From Heptranchias perlo (taxonomy: Eukaryota), in assembly GCF_035084215.1 (NCBI RefSeq), contig NW_027139272.1, positions 248,001 to 312,000 of the forward strand: a stretch of 64,000 bases of DNA, written 5' to 3'. Positions 34,801 through 46,800 of the stretch are shown piece after piece. The translations under genes were made by a program, and so were the position numbers. Under the pieces are notes generated by a model that was not told where the DNA came from, searched no databases, and was given only the letters and a program-made list of their open reading frames with translations. Numbering within the stretch: position 1 is the first letter of the stretch; the number at the start of each line of letters is the position of its first letter.

Positions 34801-37800
34801 AGCAGTACTGAGGGAGTGATGCATTGTCGGAGGGGCAGTACTGAGGGAGTGATGCATTGTCGGAGGGGCAGTACTGAGGGAGTGATGCATTGTCGGAGGG
34901 GCAGTACTGAGGGAGTGATGCATTGTCGGAGGGGCAGTACTGAGGGAGTGATGCATTGTCGGAGGGGCAGTACTGAGGGAGTGCTGCACTGTCGGAGGGG
35001 CAGTACTGAGGGAGTGCTGCACTGTCGGAGGAGCAGTACTGAGGGAGTGATGCATTGTCGGAGAGGCAGTACTGAAGGAGTGCTGCACTGTCGGCGGGGC
35101 AGTAGTGAGGGAGCGCTGCACTGTCGGAGAGGCAGTACTGAGGGAGTGCTGCACTGTCGGAGAGGCAGTACTGAGGGAGTGCTGCATTGTCGGAGGGGCA
35201 GTACTGAGGGAGTGCTGCACTGTCGGAGGGGCAGTACTGAGGGAGTGCTGCACTGTCGGAGGGGCAGTACTGAAGGAGTGCTGCACTGTCGGCGGGGCAG
35301 TACTGAGGGAGTGATGCATTGTCGGAGAGGCAGTACTGAGGGAGTGATGCACTATCGGAGGGGCAGTACTGAGGGAGTGATGCATTGTCGGAGGGGCAGT
35401 ACTGAGGGAGTGATGCATTGTCGGAGGGGCAGTACTGAGGGAGTGCTGCACTGTCGGAGGGGCAGTACTGAGGGAGTGCTGCACTGTCAGAGAGGCAATA
35501 CTGAGGGAGTGCTGCACTGTCAGAGAGGCAGTACTGAGGGAGTGATGCACTATCGGAGGGGCAGTACTGAGGGAGTGATGCATTGTCGGAGGGGCAGTAC
35601 TGAGGGAGTGATGCATTGTCGGAGGGACAGTACTGAGGGAGTGATGCATTGTCGGAGAGGCAGTACTGAGGGAGTGATGCACTGTCGGAGGGGCAGTACT
35701 GAGGGAGTGATGCATTGTCGGAGGGACAGTACTGAGGGAGTGATGCATTGTCGGAGAGGCAGTACTGAGGGAGTGATGCACTGTCGGAGGGGCAGTACTG
35801 AGGGAGTGATGCACTGTCGGAGGGGCAGTACTGAGGGAGTGCTGCACTGTCGGAGGGGCAGTACTGAGGGAGTGCTGCACTGTCGGAGGGGCAGTACTGA
35901 GGGAGTGCTGCACTGTCGGAGGGGCAGTACTGAGGGAGTGATGCACTGTCGGAGGGGCAGTACTGAGGGAGTGCTGCACTGTCGGAGATGCCGTCCTTCA
36001 GATGAGACGTTAAATCGAGGCCCCGTCTTCCTGTTCAAACGAACATAAAAAGAACCAATTGCTCCCATTTCTCCCTCAATCCAAACCAATAAAAACAGAT
36101 GAACAAATCAATCATCTCATTGCCATTTGCTGTGCTGAAAATGTCTGCCATGTTGCTCCCAGATAGTGCCAATGACCAGGTCATCCCAAGTCATTTAATG
36201 GGTGTAAAGTGGTTCGGGACATTTCTCCGAGACAGGATAAGGCTCTATATGGATACAAATCCTTTCCTCCTGTCAGTCGATAGCTGCACCGGCTCTGTGA
36301 GGATACTCACTCGAGGCACCGTGTTGCTGTCGGTAAAATATCTCGGCGTTTCCTCTGACCAGACCATGGAACCCCGCCATTGTGATGGCGATGGCGTCCC
36401 AGTGATGGTTGTCGAAGGAGTCGGCCATCCACTGCTGTCTGGGCACAGTCCGCTGCAGGGTGCTGTCGAAATACACTATCTCATAGTCATCGAGCATCGC
36501 GACCAAGCTGTACTCGGGCATCTCGGCCCCGCCACGGCTCAGTATGTAGTAAAATGCGAGGATGTGGAAATCTGCAGGATCACAGACAGAAACCAGTCTC
36601 AAAAATGACGTTAATCATAAGTAACTCAAAGTGGAAACGACTAATGCTCAGCCTGGTTAGACCATAAGACCATAAGAGATAGCAGCAGGAATAGGCCATT
36701 CAGCCCCTCGAGCCTGCTCCGCCATTCAATGAGATCATGGCTGATCTGATTTTTACCTCAACTCCACTTTCCCGCCCTTTCCCCATATCGTTTGACTCCC
36801 TTGCTGATCAAAAATTTGTCTAACTCAGCCTTGAATGTGTTCAATGACTCCACAGCTTTTTGGGATAAAGAATTCCAAAGATTCACAACCCTCTGGGAGA
36901 AGAAATTCCTCCTCATTTCCGTCTTAAACGGGCGACCCCTTATTCTGAGACTATGCCCCCTAGTTTTAGATTCCCCCATGAGGGGTAACGTCCTCTCAGC
37001 ATCTACCCTATCGAGTCCCCTCAGAATCTTGTATTTTTCATAAGATCTCCTCTCATTCTTCTAAACTCCAATGAGTATTGACCCAACCTGTTCAATCTTT
37101 CCTCATAAGACAACCCTTCCATACCCGGAATCAACCTCGTGAACCTTCTCTGAACTGCCTCCAATGCAAGTATGTCCTTCCTTAAATAAGGTCACCAGAA
37201 CTGTACGCAGTGCTCCAGGTGTGGTCTCACCAGCACCCTGTACAGTTGGAGCATGACTTCCCTGCTTTTATACTCCATCCCCCGAGAAATAAAGGCCAAT
37301 ACTCCGTTTGCCTTCCGGATTACCTGCTGCACCTGTATGTTGACTTTTTGTGTTTCATGTCGGAGGACACCCAGATCCCTCTGTACCGCAGCATTTTGTA
37401 TTATTTCTCCATTCAAATAATATTTTGCTTTTTTATTTTTCCTCCCAAAGTGGATGACTTCACATTTTCCCATATTAGGCCACAGTGAGGACGTTGCGTC
37501 CGATTTTGGATACCATGTGTTGAAGAGGATGTCAAGCTCACGGAGAAGGTCGGGAAGAGATTTGCTCGGGCGATCCCAGGGAATCTGGTGGACAGCTCCA
37601 AAAATGGAATGGCTAATGGAACATTGGCCTTTATCTCGGGGGCTGGAATACAAAGGGGAGGAAGTTATGTTCCAGCTGTTCAGAGCTCTGGTCAGACCAC
37701 ATCTGGAGATACTGTGTTCAGTTCTGGGAACCGCACCTCAGGAAGGATAGATTGGCCTTGGAGATTTAGCAGAATGATACTGGGGCTTAGAGGGTTAAAT

Positions 37801-40800
37801 TATGAGGACAGGTTGCATCGACGAGGCTTGTATTCCCTTGAGTGTAGAAGATTAAGGGGTGATCCAATTGAGGTGTTGGAGATGATTAAAGGATTTGATA
37901 GGGGAGATAGAGAGAAACTATTTCCTCTGGTGGGGGGAGTCCAGAACAAGGGGACGTAACCTTAAAATTAGAGCTGGGCCGTTCAGGGGTGATGTCAGGA
38001 AACTCTTCCACACACAAAGGGGAGTGGAAATCTGGAACTCTCTCCCCCGAAAAGCTGTTGAGGCTGGGGGTCAATTGAAAATTTCAAAACTGAGATTGAT
38101 GGATTTCTGTCAGGTAAGGGTATTAAGGGATACGGAATCAAGGCTGGTAGATGGAGTTAAGATATGCATCAAGCCATGATGTAATTGAATGGCAGAACAG
38201 GCTCGAGGGGCTGAATGGCCTCCTCCTATACCTAGGTTCCGATGAGAGGCTTCAGTTATGAGAACAGACTGGGATTCTTTTCACTGGTACAGAGATAAGA
38301 ACATAAGAAACAGGAACAGGAGTAGGCCATCCGGCCCCTCGAGCCTGCTCCACCATTCAACAAGATCATGGCTGATCTCCTACCTCAACGCCATTTTCCT
38401 GCACTATCCCCATATCCCTTGATGCCTTTAATATCTGGAAATCTATCGATCTCTGTTTTGAATGTACTCAGTGACTGAGCCTCCACAGCCCTCTGGGGTA
38501 GAGAATTCCAAAGATTCACCACCCTCTGAGTGAAGAAATTTCTCCTCATCTCAGTCCTAAATGACCTACCCCTTATTCTGAGACTGTGACCCCTGGTCCT
38601 AGACGCCCCAGCCAAGGGAAACATCCTCCCTGCGTCTGCCCTGTCGAGCCCTGTAAGAATTTTGTATGTTTCAATGAGATCACCTCTCATTCTTCCAAAC
38701 TCTAGAGAATACAGGCCTAGTCTACTCAATCCCTCCTCATACGACAATCCCGCCATCCCAGGAATCAGTCTGGTGAACCTTTGTTGCACTCCCTCTATGA
38801 CAAGTATATCCTTTCTTGGAGACCAAAACTGCACACAATACTCCAGGTGTGGTCTCACCAAGGCCCTATATAATTGCAGTAAGACATCTTTACTCCTGCA
38901 CTCAAATCCTCTTGTAATAAAGGCCGACATACCATTTGCCTTCCTAATTGCTAATGGTCAAGGGGATCTGATGGAGGGGTCCAAACTATCAGGGGTTTGG
39001 TAAAATAAAGAGAATAAACACTTTCCGTTGGTCAGTAAGTCGGAAACTAGAGGGCATAAATTTAAGATCAAGAGCAAAGGGAGAGATTAGGGGGAATTTT
39101 GTTAATGGAGAGGGATGTTCGGAGACGGAGGCTGGGATTTCCTGCTTCAGTGCTCCAAGCGGACACCACTAGCCCACGTTGGAAAATTCCTCAGCCGTGA
39201 TTCTCCCACCATTCATTTTACTGGCTAGAAGTTCAGAGCTTTGTGAAGTGGCAGCTTCCGTTAGGAGCTCCCAGGAGTTCTGGAGCAGGAAAGCATTGGT
39301 CAGACTGCCCGACCAGAGGGCAGAACAGGTCCCACAATAGCTGCTCAAAGGAAAGTGGATAAATATTTTTTTTAATTTTTCTTTTTAAAAGAGTCTGGGC
39401 AAAGGTCAGGAGAAAGTGGGTAGTGCTTTCAGAGAGCCAGCATAGCATGATGGGCCAAATGGCCTTCTTCTGTGCTGTACAATGTTATGTTCCTACGATT
39501 CCTACTGTTAACAAGATGGCTCCTGGGCTGGCTGCTCCCTCGGGAGCTCCTTTGCTGGACAATCCTATCCTTGGTCATCCGTTGCCATCCTTTGCCCTTT
39601 CTCCCCCAATCTCCTCTCTTCCACTGTTTAAGTTCCCTGGCTCTAATAGTGGGTGCATTTTACCCCTACCCACAAGTTCAAGCTGCAAGTTTAAACTTAC
39701 CTGGGCCCACTGCCCATTCCCCGACCGGGCCTGCTCTTTGTTTACATCAGTGAAAACTGGATCTTTGCTCAAATTTGGCTTCTGAATTCCTCGACTTCTC
39801 AACACTACGCTACTGCACTGGAAGACTCAGCTGCTTAAGAGTTAAGGTAACTTTGTCCAGCCCACAGCCCATCCCCCAGCTATTACCTGCTGAGTTTATG
39901 ACTGTACTACTGGTTTTTCAGCTTTATTTTTCTACAGTCTGGTTCCTGGCCAGAAATTCACTCCCCTGGGCCGAAGTCCATTCCTCCGCTGCTTCTAGAT
40001 CTTACAGTGACCTCCAACTTCACCATTGTTCTTCTGCTCTGCGATCGATTCTCCAAACCTCCTGACTCTTCATCCCCACGGAAATCCCCCCCAGCAGTGC
40101 GTCCTCAGATAATCTACCCTTCAAATAGCTTCTGGACTCACTCACCCTCCACACCCTGTCACCGAACCTGGACATCAGTTGGTTGATGCTCCAAGCTGAC
40201 TCCACCCTATCTACATCAACTTTATCCCACCACAGGACCTCTGACTTTAACTGTGGACTCCCTCCTATTGTCTCCTCTCTGTTCCCCGTTTAGTAACAGG
40301 TCACATGGTGCGCCCCATTTATACCCTGCCCGATTTTACGCTCCATTGAAGCTGAACCAAATCCATCCCATTCCCTCTGGACAGGTTAGGTTAAAATCGA
40401 GGCTTTAGCATGAGGAAGATATCATCCTGACGTCTGTCCCAAGTTGCCTTTTACTCGTTTGAACCTAAGTCGTACTCCCACAATTTAGTGTGAAGTATTG
40501 TAAAAAAAAAACGGATGAGGTCCTGCAAGCAGAATATAGGGAGATAGGAAATAAATTAAAAAGCAGGACCTCTAAAGTAGTAATCTCAGGATTACTCCCA
40601 GTGCCACATGCCAGCGAGAGCAGAAAATAGGAGAATAGACCAGATGAATGCGTGGCTTGAGAGATGGTGTAGGAGGGAGGGGTTTAAATTCCTGAGGCAT
40701 TGAGACCGATTCTGGGAAAGGCGGGACCTGTACAAGATGAAAGGATTGCACCCAAACAGAACCGGGACCAGTATCCTCGTGGGGACATTTGCTAGTTGTG

Positions 40801-43800
40801 TTGGGGAGGGTTTAAACTAGTATGGTGGGGGATGGGAACCAAAGGGCAGGTACAGATAGGACAAATTCAGACCAGGAAACGCAAAGTAGAAAAGCAGTTA
40901 GTGACGTAGTTAGCGACTCAGAAATGCAAAAAAGCAAAGGTTAAATAGTGTTCAGCACAGGAATTTGACGGGGTTAAAGGGTATATACTTCAATGCAAGG
41001 AGTATTACAAACAAAGCAGATGAGCTAAGGGCACAGATAGACACGTGGCAGCATGATATCATTGCTATAATGGATACCTGGCTTAAAGAGGGGGATAATT
41101 GGCAGCTCAATATCCCTGGATATAGAGTGTTCAAGCAGGATAGAGTGGGTGATATAAAAGGAGGGGGGTAGCATTATTGGTTAAAGAATCAATTAGAGTT
41201 GTGAGAAGGGATGATATGCTAAATGGATCATCAATCGAGGCCGTATGGGTTGAGCTAAGGAATAAAAAAGGGGCAGTCACACTACTAGGAGTGTACTCTA
41301 GACCCCCGAATAGCGAAAGGGAGATAGAAGAACAAATATGTTGGCAAATTTCTGAGTGCAAAAATAAGAGGGCAATAATAGTAGGGGATTTCAACCACCC
41401 TAACATCAACTGGGATTCAAACAGTGTGAGGGGCACAGAGGGCTCAAAATTCTTGATCGGTGTCCAGGAGAACTTTTTTAGCCAGTACGTGACAAGCCCA
41501 ACAAGAGGGGATGCCATTCTAGATTTCGTCCTGGGAAATGAAGATGGGCAAGTGGGTGAAGTGACAGTGGGTGACCATAATGGGGATAGTGACCACAATT
41601 CAGTTAGTTTTAGCATTATTATGGAAAAGGACAGTGTTAAATCAGGAGTAAACATTTTAAATTGGGGGAAGGCAAATTTTACAGAACCAAGAGGTGATTT
41701 GGCAGAAGTGGACTGGACACAACTACTTGAGGAGAAATCAGTGGCAAGCCAGTGGGAGGCACTAAAAAGTGAAATTCTACGGGTACAATGCAGACACGTC
41801 CCCTCAAAGAAAAAGGGTGGCACTGCCAAATTTAGAGCCCCCTGGTTGTCTGGAAGTATACGGGGCAAGATAAAGCAGGAAAAGAAAGATTATGACTGTC
41901 ACAGAAAACTAAATACTGCAGAAAGCCTGGAGGAGTATAGAAAGTACAGGGATGACGTAAAAAAGGAAATAAGGAAAGCAAAGAGAGGGCATGAAGAAAT
42001 ATTAACTAGTAAGATTAAAGAAAACCCAAAGATGTTTTATCAGTACATTAAGAACAAGAGGATAGCTGAGGAAAAGGTGGGACCTATCAGGGACGATAAG
42101 GGTAACTTGTGTGTTGAAGCAGAGGATGTGGGTAGGGTTTTAAATGAATATTTTGTCTTCGTATTCATAAGGGAAAGGGATGATCTGGACGTAGTAGTTA
42201 AAGAGGAGAGGTGTGAAATATTGGATAAAATAAACATAACGAGAGAGGAAGTACTAGAGGGACTGGAATCCCTGAAAGTTGATAAGTCACCAGGGCTGGA
42301 TGGATTGTTTCCTAGGCTATTGAAGGAAGCCAGGGAGGAAATAGCGGATGCTCTGAGGATCATTTTCCAATCCTCACTAGATAAAGGGGAGGTACCGGAG
42401 GACTGGAAGACTGCAAACGTAGTACCGTTGTTTAAAAAGGGTACGAGGGAAAGGCCGAACAATTATAGGCCGGTCAGTCTTACCTCGGTGGTGGGCAAAC
42501 TATTAGAATCAATACTGAGAGATAGAATAAACTGTCACTTGGAAAGGCATGGTTTAATCAGGGATAGTCAGCATGGATTTGTTCAGGGAAGGTCATGCCT
42601 TACAAATCTGATTAAACTCTTTGAGGAAGTGACAAGGAGGATTGATGAGAGTGATGTCTACATGGATTTTAGTAAGGCATTTCACAAGGTCACACATGGC
42701 AGACTGGTCAGAAAGGTAAAAGCCCATGGGATACAGGGAAATGTGGCGAATTGGATCCAAAATTGGCTCAGTAACAGGAAACAAAGGGTAAAAGTCGATG
42801 GATGTCTTTGCGAATGGAAATCCGTTTCCAGTGGTGTGCCACAAGGCTCAGTGTTGGGTCCCTTGCTGTTTGTGGTATATATTAATGATTTGGACTTGAA
42901 TGTAGGGGGCATGATTGGCAAATTTATAGACGACAAAAATTGGCCGTGCAGTTGATAGTGAAGAGGATAGCTGTAGACTCCAAGAAGATATCAATGGGTT
43001 GGTGGAGTGGGCGGAAAAGTGGCAAATGGAGTTCAACCTGGAGAAGTGTGAGGTAATGCACTTAGGGAGGGCAAACAGTAAAAGGGAATACGCAGCAAAC
43101 GGGAATATATTGAGAGGGGTAGAGGAAGTGAGAGACCTTGGAGTGCATGTGCACAGGTCCCTGAAGGTGGCAGTACAGGTAGATAAGGTTGTGAAGAAGG
43201 CATACGGAATGTTCTCCGTTATTAGCAGAGGCATAGAATACAAAATCAGGGATGTAATGATGGAACTGTATAAAATGCTGGTAAGGCCACAGCTGGAGTA
43301 TTGTGCGCAGTTCTGGTCACCACATTACAGGAAGGACGTAATTGCTCTGGAGAGAGTGCAGAGAAGATTTACAAGAATGTTGCCAGGGCTTGAAAATTGC
43401 AGCTAGGAGGAGAGATTGGATAGGCTGGGGTTGTTTTCCTTGGAGCAGAGGAGGCTGAGGGGAGACTTGATTGAGGTGTACAAAATTATGAGGGGCCCAG
43501 ATAGAGTAGACAGGAATTACCTGTTTCCCCTAGCGGAGAGTTCAAGAACTAGAGGACATAGATTTGAGCTGATTGGCGGAAGGATTAGAGGGGACATGAG
43601 GAAAAACTCTTTTACCCAGAGGGTGGTGGGTGTATGGAATTCGCTGCCCGAATTGGTGGTAGAGGCAGGGACCCTCAACTCTTTTAAAAAGTACCTGGAC
43701 CTGCATCTAAAGTGCTGTAAGCTGCAGGGCTACGGACCGGGTGCTGGAAGGTGGGATGAGAATGGGCACCTGGTTGTTCTTCGAGCTGGCACGGACACGA

Positions 43801-46800
43801 TGGGCCGAATAGCCCCCTTCTGTGCTGTATCTTTTGTATGGTTCTATGCCGTTAAAACCGGAAGTGGTCGGTTTGAAGGCGGGTTTTAGATTTTTACAAT
43901 TTTTACCTTCCCACCTGCACCCAAACCCACCCGTTCATGGGGTTAAAATCGACCCCTTAGAGTTCACCTTGGCTTTGACGTGCTCAGAGACTACAATAAA
44001 CAGGCAGTGTTTGACCAGAAATAAATGTCAGTCATGGACACGGATTAACCAGGAGAGAAGCTGCTGTAACAGTAACTTAATCTCTTGCGTTTTCAACACC
44101 ACTCGAGTCTGAAGCTACTTATTGGTGCTTGTGTGCAGCACGTCTGATAACCAGATCCAGTTAGAATGGAGGGACTTGTTCTGGTCACTGGGTCCCAGGG
44201 AGTGGAGTCTGAGCCTGCATCTTACAGCAGGGGTTCACACTGAGGCCCAGCCCAGTATTAACACCGAACCATCGCATCTGTTTACACCCCCTGTATTTCA
44301 ATGGTCTATTCCAGACTCCCACTTTCACCCCTCCCATTCTCTTCCCAATGCACCGACTCTCACTGGCAATGGGACCACAAAGAAAAGAGAGACTCACATT
44401 CCTATTGTGATTTCACCACCTCAGGACCTCCCAAAGAGTTTTACAGACAGTGAAGTATTAGTGAAGTGTCGTCACGGTTTTAATGTAGGAAACACGGCAG
44501 CCAATTTGCGCACAGCAAGATCCCACAAACAGCAACAAGATAATGACCAGATAATCTCCAAACTCCCTCTCCCTCCGCTCCCCCTCCTCATCCCCCTCTC
44601 CCTCCCACAATCCCTCTTTCCCTCTCCCACCCTCTCCCTCCCCCTCCCCTCCCCCTCCTCGTCCACCTCTCCCTCCCACCATCCCTCTCTCCCTCTCCGA
44701 TTCTCTCCCTCTCCCTCCCCCTCCCCATCTGCCTTGTCCTCTTCCCTTTCCTCTCCCTCTCTTTGTCTGACTCCCCCTCTCCTTCCCCATCTCCCCACCT
44801 TTACCCTCTCTCTTCACTCACACACCCTCCCGCACCTCTCCCTCTCGCTCCCCTTCTCTGTCCCTTCCCCATCACCCTCCCTCTCTCCCTCTAGCTCCCC
44901 CAGCCTCTCCCTCCCCTCCACTCTCCCTCCCCTTCACACTCCCTCCCCTCCCCCTCAGCCTCTGCCTCCCACTCTCCCTCCGACTCCCCCTCCCCTTCTC
45001 CCTCTCCATCTCCCTCCCACTATCCCTCTCCCTCCCTTTCCCCCTCCCCCTCAGTTTGAGCATGACGTCCACTGACTGGATTTGGTGACATTGTTCAATG
45101 TTCTGTTATCCTCATGGATTGCTGTTCTGAGGAGCCTCATGTTAAGCGCGACTCGAAGACGGTGCATTGAAAATTAACATAAAAATCTGTCTGTGAATTT
45201 GCTTCGATGCCAATTTATTCTAATTCACCCAGATCAACATCACTGTGAGTATTTTTGCCTCGAGCACCAGTTGATTATTGAAGAGTCAGCAGCTCATTCT
45301 CCCCACAATCGGACACACAGAGTTCACTTTGGCCTTGACCCGCTCAGAGACTATAATAAACGGGCAGTGTTTGCTCAGAAATAAAAGTCAGTCGTGGGCC
45401 TGAGCAACACATCGGACATCGGACAGTCCAAAGTCCATTGTGTTGCTGTGAGGTGAAGGTGGGAACGGGGGGGCAGGCTTCGAATCTGCTTCGATTTCAG
45501 TGTCACCCTGCTGAAGCAGCACAAGAAGGTTCGGAAAGAACAAAAGATCTTTTTATACATCACCTTTCACAACCTCAGGATGTCCCAAAGCGCTTCACAG
45601 AAAGTGAAGTAATGTGAAAGTGTCATCACTGTTGTAATGTCGGAAACGCCATTCATTATGAGAAGTACTTTCATACCGGGGGCTGAAAGGGTTAAATTAT
45701 GAGGACAGGTTGCACAGACCAGGCTTGTATTCCCTTGAGTGCAGAAGATTAACGGGTGCTGTAATTAAGATCATTGAAGGATCTGATAGGGTAGATAGAG
45801 AGAAACTATTTCCTCCGGTGGGAGAGTCCAGAACAAGGGGGCGTCACCTTAAAATTAGAGCCAGGCCGTTCAGGGGTGATGTCAGGAAGCGTTTCTTCAC
45901 ACAAAGGGGAGTGGAAATCTGGAACTCTCTCCCCCAAAATGCTGTTGAGGCTGGGGGTCAATTGAAAATTTCACAACTGAGATTGATCGATTTTTGTTCG
46001 GCAAGGTTATTATGGGATATGGCAACAATGCGGGTGGGTGGTGTTAAGAAACAGGTCGGCCATGATCTAATTGAATGGCGGAACAGGCTTGAGGGGCTGA
46101 ATGGCCTCGTCCTGTTCCCATGTTCCGATGAGATGCTTTGACTGTGTGCAGCAGCTTACATTACTCCAGCAGCCCTCGTGTGCAGGGAGACGCCTCAGAG
46201 CACAGAGCAGGAGGGAGGAGCCCAAAGAGAGGATTTAAGAGGAGCCAGAATCACGGACAGAAGTTGATTCAGGAACAGTGGAGAGGCCGGGAAGGGACAA
46301 GGCAGGAATCCTGAGGGAGATTGCTGGAGAGGGCAGGGACAGGAGAGACTGAAGGATCGGCTCTCAGTGGTGGAACAGAGGCAGTGGAGAAGGAGAGGTT
46401 AGGCCGGTGTGGGAGGAGCGGAGGGGGCATGTGGGGGCATGAGATTGGGGGAGATTGCGGAGGTGGGAAGGGAGGAGGACAGAGAGGGCTTTAAAGGTGA
46501 AGAAATGAACCTTCGAGTCAATTCTGTGGAGTTGGAGGAGCTGATGGGGTTTTGGCACGAACAAGGGATGGGGGTGAGAGGGAGGAGGCAGAACACATCG
46601 ATCAGAACACAATCTCTGAAAGGTTCACACGTGTCTGTGGTCCAGTAATATTGAGGTCGATTTTCACCTTTACCACCTGGGTGTTCAGCATCAACTGGGC
46701 GGGGCAGAGAGAGAGCAAAATCTGGAGAGGAGGATCACACGGCAGGAACAGAACCTGGAGCATTTTCCATCCATTGAAATCCCCCCCGCCCGGCCAGATT

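Noticed and set aside
33343-36089. Mucin-like or Cys/His-rich ORFs (STAPPTVQHSL; HCRRGSTEGV)
   Set aside because: SINE-derived 18-bp and 33-bp arrays in an intron, open on both strands.
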